Shown in pieces: positions 24,001-41,834 of a stretch of DNA of 64,000 nt. The first letter of the stretch is position 1. Each line of letters begins with the position of its first letter. The stretch comes from Takakia lepidozioides (taxonomy: Eukaryota; Plantae; Bryophyta). The stretch is taken from positions 59,830,001-59,894,000 of the forward strand of contig CM060733.1 in NCBI GenBank assembly GCA_030704615.1. The letters run 5' to 3'. The notes under the pieces are model-generated. The model saw nothing but the letters and a program-made list of their open reading frames with translations. It ran no database searches and was not told where the DNA came from. A program made the position numbers and the translations under genes.

Positions 24001-25569
24001 GGTACCTTTTCAAGTGCAGATTTTTCCAAGGAAATCAAGTATACAGGTGTTAGAGAGGCAGACAGTGGCGGTGCAACCCTGCAACATTCAGTGATGGAGT
24101 TGGGTGCTGGAGAGGAGGGTTTCTTCTGTATTGCTGGACTTACGGAAGACACAGATAGTTTACAAGTCAGATTTTGTGAGACCAAGGAGGTTGTACCAAC
24201 TCAAATAGACAACAACATGAAGGGATATGTCTCTTTAACTTCTGATTTGAGTCCATATGCAGACTCTCTTAAAAAGGCCCATGTGAGGGATAGAGAAGCA
24301 GAGAATAGTTGGGGACCCCAGGATCATGTATGTCCCTTGAAGTTGCAGTTGGTTGCTGAAAATATGGGTCCACCTGGTACTGTTGGGCGGCTGGAAGCCA
24401 AGGAAAGCTCCCGAGGTATCATTATTGAGACCAAGGATAATGTTACGGCCACTCAAATCAATGGTGAAAGATACTCCTTGTCTGCGGAAGCTGAAAGCAC
24501 ATCTGCAGAGGATTGGAATAATGTGCACATAGACAAACTGGACAGTGTTTTAGACACATGCTTGGCAGTGCTTCACCCACTGCCTCCAGTCATCTCATCC
24601 AGTTCTTGCAAGCAGCCTTTGCCCCTTGATTTTGCTGATACAGCTGCTCCTTTTTTTTCACAGAGGGCACGTGAGGTGGCTGGTGGAGTCGACAATGAAG
24701 GCGATGTAAAACTCAACTTGAGCAGTACCTCGACAGCAGAGAAACAGCATGTTTGTTGGGATGTCTATGAAGTCAGTGCAGGGGAGGTTTATGCCAGTGC
24801 GACCATCTCTCAACCCTGTAATGATGGAGGATCACCTAGCTTGGAAGCTCATTCCAGCCCTCAGCAGGAGTGCTTTGGTGACGAGACTGGCCCCAAGAAG
24901 CAATCGAAGAGTCTGAAACGTGATCAGGAAAGGCTCCAACAATTTGCACAGGTGTTCCTGACAATGCGTCACATATCTAATCAGCAACAACATGCTCAAT
25001 GTGCTCCACCTTTCCCGCCCCCACTCTTGTCATCATGCTCTGATGGCCCCAACAGTTTGGCTGCGGAGACAGTGCAATGTGGCAACTCACATATAACAGA
25101 TGGCTTTAGTCCCACAAACAATGGAGGTCATTTTTGTGTCCACTTGCCCTCACCAGCCAATGAGGGCGAGGTGACTTCAGTTGGTGACCTGCTCCTGCCT
25201 CCACGAGCACCTCAGGTGGACTCTGACATCGTCACCAACAGTAGTCAAGTACCAGCACACACAGGAGGCACAGATGTGGTGCTGGATATGGTGGATCTAC
25301 TGAAGAAGATGAAGCATTACTATGATACAGAGGAGCATGATGCAACTGGCTCTGAGTTGCTCCCAGGAGGGGATGTAGAGGATGGCAGGGCTTGGAATCT
25401 TCAAACTGAAGGTTCCAAGCCCACATTGGCAAAAGCTTTGGGGGGAAAACGGTTGGGACTCCGTGATGTCAATGCGGTATTTGTGGTGCTTGTTGCCATG
25501 GTGTTGTATACTAGAACAGTGTGCCGCGATGTTTTCTTCGGCCGAAGACAGTCATATCGCAAACACTAG
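21025..25569 (+). CDS. Large poly-IQ (calmodulin-binding) protein with ASPM-like IQ array and C-terminal hydrophobic segment
   Basis: Uninterrupted 1514-codon ORF (first ATG at 21136; true start uncertain). Many IQxxxRGxxxR-type motifs, including five 72-73-aa units. C-terminus AVFVVLVAMVLY followed by a basic tail. Confidence 0.85.
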   Translation: MNGEVEGSCSTDGVECGAGLPASSRQRLKQRLASSRGMLLVQEQEQLGVVHRTSWATRNFFSTASSLKQFATRGSRSWLIRGASSMSLDCADPGSTASSFASLSSFDLPGLIGLEDVARHVSEQGVTAIENLETRNLNIVSGGTPVASASVDTYTLNQTNQSHLDVAQISVSPHNYVQQEAADSLSLGNRSALLDVGRGEETVGFFHPIDELPVPANRLPNPIVSNHLFRVEEDLPGVTNPTVENGVTEFLNEQPLTHVQTIIEEQQKALSAAGVIQAAFRGFRTRAAIKSMHAAAVRIQSFYRGWLATKNYRMWRQHLQFQREVEERAAMRMQCCYRGWLARRSYKLGREKVVILQAMVRSRQVRKQYQQLYNAVLTLQRMWRAARKRLLQQQREVLEHAASKIQNSYRGWLARRNYRLVRDRVLLLQACVRRQHVRKQYWELYMAVLTLQRTWRASRSRRLKLQREVQDRAAVKIQSSYRGWLARKTYRLGREGVVLLQACVRRQQVRKQYGQLYSAVLTIQRTWRACRLRHLQLQRRLQEHAAVVKIQSSYRGWLASRNYRLGRAGVVLLQASVRRRQVSKRYQQLYNVVLTLQRKWRASRRRHLQLQRQVQEGAAIKIQSFYRGLQARKYYQIQRVSVVKLQAAVRRKQVRDQYRQLCNAVLTMQRMWRAARARHLQEQKDVEECATLLIQAHSWGVAVRYWLHTCQAVALTIQQAWHKQQRYRVHRLKHQVVTAVVIQAHLCDYALQHMLRRWHAAAFTIQWSWRHYRQSKAAVKIQATFRSWAIRKRNVMAAVTIQRWYRCCLRTRASLFVKQHAAVFIQSWWRGLHYQQLHRGALQARHEAAVIIQRRWRLFQLGRVERLIPEQAVVGVEAGMCTSFFRQQKQLLHVGASTDQSHLHRHQHQHVQGAAVTIQAAYRAFACRKKYQARCQEGSLIQRSWREKERMQLLGENLGLEVVTGKVVRSAGGSTVWRDVIISEFPDVPSTSGTFSSADFSKEIKYTGVREADSGGATLQHSVMELGAGEEGFFCIAGLTEDTDSLQVRFCETKEVVPTQIDNNMKGYVSLTSDLSPYADSLKKAHVRDREAENSWGPQDHVCPLKLQLVAENMGPPGTVGRLEAKESSRGIIIETKDNVTATQINGERYSLSAEAESTSAEDWNNVHIDKLDSVLDTCLAVLHPLPPVISSSSCKQPLPLDFADTAAPFFSQRAREVAGGVDNEGDVKLNLSSTSTAEKQHVCWDVYEVSAGEVYASATISQPCNDGGSPSLEAHSSPQQECFGDETGPKKQSKSLKRDQERLQQFAQVFLTMRHISNQQQHAQCAPPFPPPLLSSCSDGPNSLAAETVQCGNSHITDGFSPTNNGGHFCVHLPSPANEGEVTSVGDLLLPPRAPQVDSDIVTNSSQVPAHTGGTDVVLDMVDLLKKMKHYYDTEEHDATGSELLPGGDVEDGRAWNLQTEGSKPTLAKALGGKRLGLRDVNAVFVVLVAMVLYTRTVCRDVFFGRRQSYRKH

Positions 25570-26927
25570 CCTCACATCAAAAGCCAGCAATTTAGGTGTC
25601 CAAGTCCTACTGGTAAAATAATTCTTTTCATTGCCTGACACGGCCAGAGGCCTTGGGTGCATGGCCTGGCTGATGACACCACTTACCGATCCACCAGGGT
25701 AGTTCATACCTCAGAAGCCTCCAGAAGGTTGTATTAAGACTTGTAGATTTGCAGAAACAATTTCCCAGCAACCCCATTGGTTGCATTGAACCAGTTTTAC
25801 ACCAACAATAAGCCAGATTGCAAAGGCTGTTTGCTGGCTTGCAGCCACAGACAGGTTAACCCGGCAAAAGGGAACTGTACATATGTATGAATGATGAGAG
25901 CACAGCTACTTTTGTAGATGGAGAAAATGAAGAAAACAATGAAAGGAGATGGGGGTTGGCATCTGATGCAGATTGGGCGCTGAAACTTATATTGCATAGT
26001 CCAGTGCTGTGGGTGCCTCGTGGAGGTGGTCATGTTTCAAGTTTGGTTTGGAAGCTTAACTTGTTTTCGAGGGCATCCTTCCTGGGCTTCGTGTAGGGCC
26101 TCAGTTTGTTGATGTGGTGCATACTGCATACATAAAGTTTGATCTGTGGACTTGCCCCTTTCCTCTCCTTTGGCAGTCTAAATTGAGGTTTGAGCTGACA
26201 AACTAAGGGTATTCACATCTAACAACAGTAGTGGCATGAAGATTTTGTGTCATCAGATGACCAGGGCCTCGCAGACAAGATGAACTTGCACTGGCCTGAT
26301 ATCAAACAATGCAGTACTATTTGTACCATATGATCTTCCAGTTCTTGGAATTACTCCCATTAGTATAGTAATCGGTTGGGAGAAAACTAGCAAGGAATAT
26401 CATAAGGTTGTCTTTAATGCAAGTCCCTGCTGATCTCTTAAGAAACTTAAGGTTGAGATTGCGGGGTACTGTGAGCACCCCATGGTCATAGAAGATGGGA
26501 ACCACATAAAGGCTACACCTCAATCCACTGTGTACTGGTCAGTGTCTACTGACACCCTCACTGCATTTGACCAGATCTTGGGAAACTCTTGGAAGTTTTG
26601 CTAACAGCCAGTGACCCAATGAGCAACCTGCAAGACATACTGACCCCGACTTCTGTGTGGAAGTGCACTAAAAGTAAAAGTAATCCTAACACTGGCACAC
26701 CCACAAATACAAGTATCGCAAATAAAAAAAAGACTCTTTCCACTTTACCAATGATTCGCCTACAACCAAAGAACAGAAGAATTCTACAGATTTTTTGTAA
26801 CTGAGGCATAGCTTTCAGTATGGGACTCTGTCCAGGTTCTTGCTGCTTCTGAGTTATGCAAAACTGGAAATTAGTATTCACAATAAAGATGGAACAAGCT
26901 CAAGCCTTATAAGAATGAATTTGGTAT

Positions 26928-29511
26928 TCACACTAACGATGGAACAAGCCTGATAAGAATGAAGGTGTAAAGTACAGAGAGGACAGCTCCAACTGGGATG
27001 GTAACCATCCAGGATGCCACAATCTCACGAACGACTTCACCCCGCACACTGTTAAGGCCACGTGCAAAGCCAACCCCCATGACTGCCCCAACCAGAGTGT
27101 GGGTGGCAGAGATGGGCAGACCAAGTCGTGAGGCAAGTACCACCACAGTGGCAGCTGCAAATTCTGCTGCAAAGCCACGAGTCGGTGTTAACTCCGTAAT
27201 TTTCTTCCCTATGGTGGCTATGACCCGATAACCCCAAACCATCAGCCCAGCTACTATCCCAAATCCGCCCCAGGCCAGTACATCAGTGGGCATGCCTGCC
27301 TGAGGCCCTGTACTTAACCCATTGCCATGCAGAATGGCTAAGGCGGCAGATATGGGTCCAATCGCATTGGCAACATCGTTTGCCCCATGTGCAAATGACA
27401 TAAAGCATGCTGACAACACCTGCAAATACCCAAATATGCTGTACACGATGCGAAGCTGTGTGCCTTTGGGCCCTTCCACCTTTGACATCAAACTCAAAGA
27501 TTGCTTGCCCACCTTCTCATCTGTCCTAGTTTCCACAGGCAGTTCGCAATATGCACCTAGCAGACCACCCAACTGGCGCCGAATGACCACAGTAATAAGA
27601 ATTGCCCCTATCATTCCAAAACCCAGTGCCTGTGCTGCCGACAGTAAAACACCTGCCTTGCTAGGAAATGCAGTGAATGACAATGCAGCCACGCCAATGA
27701 ACACAGCTATTGGGGCTGCTGTGGCTGCTGCTTGCCCTGGATTTGATGCACTGTACACAAACTGCTTCCCCACCCATCCCCTGTCATTGCTAGCCCACTT
27801 CCTTCATCCTTCACTTGCCATCATCTACTTCTTGCACAGCATTAAAGGAAGCTATATATTCTCTAAAGCATAGTGAACATAGGCATTTCAGCAACATGAA
27901 AGTGGATTTGAAACACTTCGGACAACGTAAAGCAAATCAGTTGTCCTTTAACTATGCTAACAGCATGCCTCGTAGGCAAACACCATAATACAATATCCAG
28001 ACTTAAGTCAGTCGCCACATAAAATTATCAAAATATTTGAAGGAGTTCACTGTTGCTGATATTAGGTTTGAAATATGGCATCACAAGCATTAATGCCCTG
28101 AAGACTTGTGGAGGGGGACCAGAGATATAGTACTTACAGTTCGAATACATTTGTATACAATGAATGAAACCACTGCACCCATTAAGGGTGATACTACCCA
28201 GGATGAGACAACACGAGCCAAAGATTTCCAATAAACTGCCCCAATCCCACCATATACAAGGCCAAATCCCACCATTGCTCCAATAATACAATGTGTGGTC
28301 GACACGGGCCATCCATAGTAAGATGCCACCTGCACCCACACCCTGTGTGCTTGTTACTTGCCCTAATTTGCCAATACAGGCCTTACTTGCAAAAGTATTA
28401 CTGCAGGGGACGACTTGGCATGTATTTTCTTATGTCAGCTAGTGGGATGGTTTCACAAAGTCTTGTGCAAGTTCCTTTGTGGAACTACTAAAACTACTAT
28501 TATGTGGAATTTCAAGTTACACACACAAGACCGGTTGATTGCGCTATGCTATTTGTGACAGCTAATCAGCTTCCTACCCTGATTACCTGAAGGCCATTCA
28601 CTGAGCTTTGGTCATCCATAGTCACTTTGCCAAAGACACAGCTCCCTGCCAATAGGAGAACTTAAACCTACCCACCTAGAACCTCAAAACTACATTGCAT
28701 AACCTTTCAACAATTTACTCACCTGCAGCCAGGTGCCAGCAGCTCCAAGAGATGAAATCATTCCACAAAACAGCAGTGAGTCTTTCCCATTGAACACACC
28801 AGCTGTCAAGATCCCTGATTGCATTGTGTGGCTCACATGAGAGCCTACCATGAAGGCCCCACTGAACTCTAAAACTGCAGCTGTCAACACAGCCTGGCGG
28901 AGAGAGAGAGCACCAGAACCCACTGACGTACCCATGGCGTTGGCCACATCATTGGCACCGATGTTCCAGGCCATGTAGAAACCAAACAGCAGAGTCATAT
29001 AGGAGAGAACGAAAGTTTTTAGGGGCAGCCCTGCTGTGGATGGCATGTACAGGGGCACCACCAGTGCCGCCAACCCAATAGCTGCTGTGATGCCAACGGC
29101 AGTCCGAGGTGCAATGTGAAAAGCTTCTGCCATGCCTTGCATTCCACTGCGAGTCTCCACCACCTTCTCATTCAAGGTACTAGCAATGTTGGTGTTCGCC
29201 CTATGCAGCTGGGCGTCAATTTCGGACGCCTCATCGAATTCTCTCTGCAAGTCTCCACCCTCAGCATCCGCAAAGGACGACTTGATCACAATGTTGCGAC
29301 GTAGGACAGTGAGGCCCCCGTGCAAGTTCACCTTGGGAATACCGTAGCTCTGCCATTGATGCCGCTGTATGGCCCTTGCCTGTCGAGATAGATTGCGAAC
29401 TTGACCAGGCCCGGCAATGCGTATCCCCTGCAACAAACTCTGCCCACTTCCCAAATTACACCCCCTTGCAACTACTTCGTGGGGGCAGCAAGCTAGCCCT
29501 ACCCTAGTCAT
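26928..29511 (-). CDS. PHT2;1: Plastid low-affinity phosphate transporter (PiT family)
   Basis: Exons 29511-28723, 28329-28138, 27761-26928. PiT signatures AWNIGANDVANAMGTSVGSG and SFAHGANDVANAIGP, plus GWPVSTTH and GLPISATH; N-terminal transit-peptide-like extension. Confidence 0.95.
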
Positions 29512-30509
29512 GTCTCCGGATCTTGCTCTCGCTACCACACCTCCCCCGTCATGCCCCGCCCCACCTACCAGAAGGGCCCTCGTCCCATATCAAATCAACT
29601 CCAGCCTCCAGCCGGATGTCGGATTACACAACCGCCTCCTGACAACCTGCGGCAATTGTGTCGAAATCTTGAACTTCTCTCCAATTGGAGTGCTCAAGAG
29701 ATGGACCTCATAAACAGCGTTTCCCAGCTTCCCTGATTTCACATCCACCCTACCCAGCCTTGCTCACCACAGCAGCTCAAGAGCCAGCCCACCCAGAAAC
29801 TAGACACACGGGGTGCTCCGCCTGTTCATTGTCAACAATGCGTCATAGTCCAATCCGAAAACCACCTTTACCGTCCGGCATGGCATGGGACCCATACATT
29901 GCGCATGCCAACAGCTCCCACCACTTCCCGCCCTCATCTACAGTGTTCCTGCAAAGCTTCCCATGACGTAAAGTCCCAAGAATTGCTCGACAAGAGAGAT
30001 CAGTACTCCCTAAACGGTGAGGCTGAAGCAGGCCTCCAGACCCAGACAAAGGAAGGAGATAAGGCGACAATCCCGCAAGAAAGACAATAGGGCCAGCAGA
30101 AATGAAATGAGAGCAGAGATTTTACACTTGGTTATGCACTAATCAGCTGCCAAATCTGAACCAGAATCAGAATCAGGAGGGCGGCAGTGTGACTTGTGGT
30201 CAAATCCAAAAGAAACAGAGCTGAGAAACTTTATGCTCGCTAGATGAGTTGCTCTGAGATTCTTTTGAACTATCAAAAGAGCTCAGATCGGTGTGCGGGT
30301 TGGATAGGGATCTTGGATAAGTAGGGATCCGCAGCTGGTGATGAGGAAAGAAGATGGCCCGCCCCTGCGTGCGGACCGCGCGGTCCTCCGCGCGGTGTGA
30401 TGGGCAGCTGTAAAATATAATGTTTTGGAGAATTATTTAAATTTTTCTTATTTCCCGGGCATGGGCAGCTGCTGTCTCTCTCTTCAGTTGTTTATCTTTG
30501 CAAGGAGCT

Positions 30510-31936
30510 ATGGCGTCCCTCACAGCAGCTCTCTCCCTCGCTCGTATTCATCAGTCCAGAATCTCTACAAAAGCCTCGATCTTTTCGCATCCACCATCGC
30601 AAGTACTCCTCCCTCTCCACCTCGTCTCACTTTCAACTCATAACACGCTTTCGAGGGGAAGGCTTCAAATTACAGGTGCCAAGAATGTGTCTTCGGAGAG
30701 GAAGGGGGTCACCGTGTCTCCACCAGAGCCAGAGATGACTGCGGAAGAACTGGCTGAATACGAGATGGTGATGTCAAAACTCGACGGCGAACAGCCTAGT
30801 TTTTGGGAGGGTCCCCAGTGGAATACTCTGGGCTTGATAGTTCAGTATTTGTGGGCTTTCGGCATCGTTGTTGCGGTATGTATTTTGCGCTCTGTTTCTC
30901 GGTCACTTACTATCTAGAGGGTCATATCTCGCTCGTTTCCCTCCTCTCTCTGTGCGACTGGCAGTGTAATAATAGGTAGAAGACTACAATCCTGCGAAAC
31001 CCTGTAGAAGATGGAGAATTCTTCAAAAGAACGAAAAAACAAGGATATTGTAAATACTGTGTAGCTATATGTAGCAGCTAACAACATATGGGCTATGTCA
31101 GTGGGCATAAGACGTACAGATAGAGCAGATATAGCAGCTGGAACAGCTGGAAGAAGTTGGCCGCAGTGATCTGGGTGGGGAAAAGCAGAATGTGCAGCAA
31201 TACAACAGCAGTCACCGCTCTACTTGATCCCTACTGTGCAGAGCACTGGCTGCTCTTCCTCACAGGGCCTTCTTCGAGACTACTATATCAACTCATGTTT
31301 AGTCCCAGAAATCCATCTGGCTGCAAACCAAAACTTTCTAACAGCATGGGTTTTGGGGGGCTTTGAGAAATGTGTCTCTCTTCTCCTCTCTCTCAGGCTT
31401 TGTCCCAGACACGCAGTGCCTGGGAGTGCTGACTGGAGGCCATATTCTACACCAACATTGTGTTTTGTAGCATGATGGCAATAGATCATCAGCGACAATT
31501 CCTTGACATAAGCAGCTTGTCGTTGGCTATTGCAATTGAGGAATGAGTCTCATATTCTCCTGTGGGCTGAAACCCCCACTCCTGGAAGATTAGTATAGAT
31601 CCTGAGGACTATGGCCTTCGGGTATGCTAATGAATACATCTCTCGTACATTCCCAGAAGGCACGATCCTAATCTGGCTGCAAGCCTGCATACCCGTAGAA
31701 TGTAATATGTACAACATCTTTCAGCTTTGCTAACCCAGCCTTATGTTGGGGGAGGTTGGCAGTTGGTGGCCTGTGTGGTGGCCGTCAGAACATTCAATTC
31801 AGGGGCAACTGACATCAAAAGCACAGCAGTGTTCAAAGAGGCCCTGAAAGAACAAAGTGGTGTCCTCGAGGAGGACTCCGGAGAACCTTCAGTACTTGGA
31901 GACTCAGTAGAAGAAGCGCCCCCATTGCAAGAGTAG
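30510..31936 (+). CDS. Small conserved plastid-targeted membrane protein of unknown function
   Basis: Exons 30510-30875 and 31763-31936 splice in phase 0. Ser/Thr-rich MASL.. transit-like N-terminus, then FWEGPQWNTLGLIVQYLWAFGIVVALVACVVAVRTFNSGATDIK...EEAPPLQE*. Confidence 0.8.
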
Positions 31937-32690
31937 CCAACCAGCAACCCCAGAAATTAGACTCAAATTAGATGCTATAGATGTGATGTGTTGCCCACCT
32001 TTTAAGTTCTGAAACGTACAAAAGAAATTTCTCCTGTTGTTCCTGTGTCAGAAAGAGAGGTGAAAGAGAGAGGACTCTATACTTCCCTGTAGTGATATGA
32101 CCAACTGGGAAATTGTTCACACAAAATTCTAGTTTTCCTTGCTATCCAGCACGGTTACGTCAAAAACCTAATAGTTCGAGATTGTCTTATAAGCAATAGC
32201 AAAATGGAAACTCTTGCATGATGACCACAATTTTCCGTGCAAAGATCTTGCACGACGGGAGAGATGAAGGGCAGCTTGCAACCCCAAACAGCAAGCACTG
32301 TAGAGATGCTTCGTTCTGCCTTCTCGCAGGACTCCAGCGCAGACGAAGATAACATCGCGCGTGACGACGCGTAAGACGGCTCCATGTGTCGCGGATGGAA
32401 TAGGGCACTACGCATACTCATACCGACGATCATCCAGGGAGTTGAGATAATCATCCATAACGGTCGGGTGATCATCCAGGCGGACGACGGGTCATCCGTG
32501 CAGGCCAGGCAAACCCTAGCAGATGAGATCACTGTCTCTTGTGTCTCGCATCTCTTTTCCGGATCCCTCGTTGCTCGCATTCTTCCTTTGATTTCTAGAC
32601 GTTGTAGGGTGCGGAAGGAAGGGCATCTAAGTTGTTTGGAAGGCCGTATAGATAAGAAGAGAAAGAGGCGGATTTACGTGGTACTCATGT

Positions 32691-38311
<5,621 letters not shown>

Positions 38312-39213
38312 CAAGGACAGAAACCTCAAGCGTGCACGCACTTCTTTGAACAACAATCCACTGATGGATGCTTGTGGTTTCATGTATAGTCACCATCTTC
38401 ATGACCTAAATAGAACGTTTGGTGTTGTTTGAAAGGAGTGCAAAGTATTGCCTCTTTCTGAAGGCACACATGGTTGAAAAGTTGGACAAGCACTTTTGGG
38501 GTTACGATTTCCACCTGCTAGACTTGCTATGGCTTGTGGAAGTTGCATTTGTCAGCCGTTTAGAGGCTCCATATTTGCATGATGGCCTTGCCTCTGCAGC
38601 TCATTGATGCATCAGAGTCATCTGCTTTTGCATCATTGATTTGCTGTCTTCATGCAACATAATGTCTTTGAGTGTAGAAATCTTTGGCAGCCTGCAGCTT
38701 GTTCCCACTGAGCTTCCCCTCTACTTCGTACTTACACCTTGTATGTCTCTTTCCCTTCCAAAACGCTTATGAAGTTTCCCTCCAAAGTCTATATGTTGAG
38801 ACTTAGGTGGACATTCAAATACGACCCGTACAGAAAAAATCTTCCCTTCTCAGTTTTAAATACAATACAATCCCCATGATGATTTGGCATGAGGTAGGTA
38901 GAAGATTTTTATGGTTGATTTTAAAAATAAAATAATTTTTTTCCTGTTGTGATTCTTACTTTCATCTACGTAATCAAACCCTCAAACGCACTCGAGAAAG
39001 TTGTCTCACAGCAACTCAAGTTATGTGAGATAATCTAGTGACAAAGTTTTGTCATCCACAATGATTTCAAAACTGTTTGTATGTTTACAGTATGTTGAAG
39101 GCCTTCTGACAAAGTGGGATTGTAAACCACACATTTCACTTTGAATTCATCGATATGGACATCACATTTGGTGAAATTTATGTATAGGTAACTTGGGAAC
39201 AAGGATGCTGCGG

Positions 39214-39492
39214 CAGTGTTTTCTGTTCTCTTTTTACCTTAAAAACTTTTCTGGCGAAAAATCACCAGATTTAGACCTTGAAAATGGGTAAAAATCGAAA
39301 AATTCGCCAGAAAGCGCCATCAGGAGCCTGATTTTGCCTACATGGACATGTTTAAACGTGCCACCTGTTATGAAGCCACTTTTCTAACCCTGCCACCTCG
39401 TTATTCTGGCCACATGAGCGCTGTCGAATTTACATGTGGCCCTTGTAGCGATTTTGGAAAAATGAAAAAACAAAACAAAACAAAAAACACTG
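39214..39492. mobile_element. Old hAT-type MITE
   Basis: TIRs CAGTGTTTTCTGTT / AACAAAAAACACTG (13/14). The 8-bp flanks TGCTGCGG and CATTGTGG differ only by transitions, consistent with a decayed TSD. Confidence 0.55.
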
Positions 39493-41834
39493 CATTGTGG
39501 TAATCTTCCAGTCCATACGAGCAAGTGTACCTAGATTGCATCACAAAATAAAATCAATCACATCGAATCATTATATGTGTGATGAAGATAACATATCAAC
39601 TTAAATTATAAATATATCAAGTAACGTATCCAGTTGGCATCCACCTCATATTAGTTACTAGTTACTTCTTGTTGGCATCAGGGTTTGAATGTTTGAACTG
39701 GTGTTCCCGCCATACAGTTACCTCCTCTCCTGTTGAGTACATCTCACATCTCCAGTGTGTGTGCAACTTTGGTGTTATCGGGTATCCTTGTCGCTGCTTG
39801 CAGTGAACAAGTACGTTGATACGTCTGGTCTGAGCTTTGTTTAGTCATTCACTGTGGGTTATGGGCCCACAGCGTGTCTTCTCGGACCACTTCTCATAGT
39901 TTACATCAGAATAGAGATTCTTGATCTTATTGATTTCTTAGAAAATTTCACAGAGTTCTTGTAGAATCTGTTAGATTGGTGCAATCAGGGTAAGTGCTCC
40001 GGACGAAGAGTTCACAAGTGTTTTATTTGCGATGGCGTTGGAGAATTGCAGTACATTCTTAACGTGAGGATTTTGCAGTGGTTCCAGAAGCGATCGAACC
40101 TGTACAGATCTGTAGTCATACTGGGTTCCATGAAATTCTTGAAGAGACACAACATGTCTTCTGGGAGAAATCATGCAGGTGCATCCTCATTCAGAAGTGC
40201 TGGGGAGATCTCGTCCTGTTTTGAAGAGCTTCCCTAGGACTTATTCGACAGCAGACAAGATTGTGCCACAGGTGTAGGGGGAATGCTCAATGAGCTGGCG
40301 AGAGGCTGGAGACGGGAGATGCGTTTCCAGACTCCAGACGTCTGCTAGCACCAGCCGCGGGACGCCCCATTGTCGATGAAAGCTTATTAATGAGAGTAAA
40401 TTTGTGAGTTGTCAAGCGTTGTCTGTTTCTAACTTCGACTTCCCAGGAATGGGCAAAAAATACATCATGTGTGAGTTCACTGTATATCTCCGATGCACAA
40501 GCTGCAGTAGAAGATCATCCTTTCCAGTCACATGTGGAAGAGCCCGTGTGGAGTAGTAGGCCGCCTCTTGGCGACCCCCCGGATATGCGTTAAATGCTTG
40601 AATCCCAGGTGTACAAACTTGGCCCAGGATCATGCCCATTGCCTAGTTAAGATTTCATTTTCACGAATTGGCTGAAGTTGAGTCCGCTCCGTGGATGGTG
40701 GTGGAGAAGCTTCGTAATTGGAGAATGCAATTTAATGTAATCTGAGCTGTAGGCTGCTCCTGAGTTTGTTACAAGTTATACTGTGTTTCCAACAAACATT
40801 CCAGGCTTGAATTTCAGCTCCCCAGGTGAGGCAATTTGGAGCTGAAACTGCAGCCCGGCCGTCTAACTGTGACAATAGTACGGGAACCCGCTTTCAAGAT
40901 GAACATGGAGATGGTTTGGCAAGTCGTCCGGATCCGTTTATTCATGATCCTATATGTGCGTTAAAAGAGAGAACACAAACTGTGCATTCATGAGTGACGA
41001 TAACCGGCCATTGATCCTGAATTCAATGAGAGCTGTGAGTTGTTCAACGACGTGGAGGAAGAACCAAGCCTTTGATCTTGCTGTTAATAGTGCCGCACCG
41101 CAACCAACGCTACCAGGGCAGTATCAGTCAGTAATCGCAGGAGTTCGCAAACATCGACAAGTAAATTTTTGGGGATTCATCATCAAAGAGACATGAGCTT
41201 GCGTGAAACCGACCTTGTGAACAATGTTGACTATCCCAGAACAATCCTGACGAAGATTCATGATGTAAACCACTGCTAAAAATAACTGTCATTGCAGGTA
41301 TTTGTGTCTATTTAATTGATGTACATACATTTAGCAAAGACGTGATCCATTGAGTACTTCAGTCAGTGGGTTGGCACAATAATTTTTGTGAGGACGAGGA
41401 CTGCCATCGGAAGAAACTATTAACATGTGAACTTCAGGATCGATTTGAATTGAAGATTGGCACCTGCAAATTGTGCAGTACGCAAATTTTCACCATGCTA
41501 CAGTCTGTACAATCGGAAACTGTCCTTTCTAAATGTCTAAAACTGCATTTGTTTTGGATGGGTAAACTCTACAGTGAAGATTTGAACAATGTGCAGTAGC
41601 TCTACGCCAATGTGCAGTAACTCTACGGCCTTCTCTCTTTTGAGAGAAATCCCAATAATTGAGAAACTTAGATGCTATGAATGGCGGCAGCTCGCAGCCA
41701 AAAGTCTAGTTTAGGAGTGAGTCAACTCGATCGCACTGATTTACACCCAATCACTGGAGTCGTGCAAGAAAAACAGCCTCCTCAGAGTGGGGTTGAAGAA
41801 TGTAATGGCCGAGTTCTGGCCCACGGAGTTTTAG

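Noticed and set aside
26873-26962. Short duplication of the PHT2;1 stop-codon region
   Set aside because: Local tandem duplication in the 3' UTR with no evident functional consequence.
39970-41600. Possible exons of an unannotated gene between CK2 and GPAT
   Set aside because: Splice-like signals exist, but I found no coherent frame or recognisable protein.
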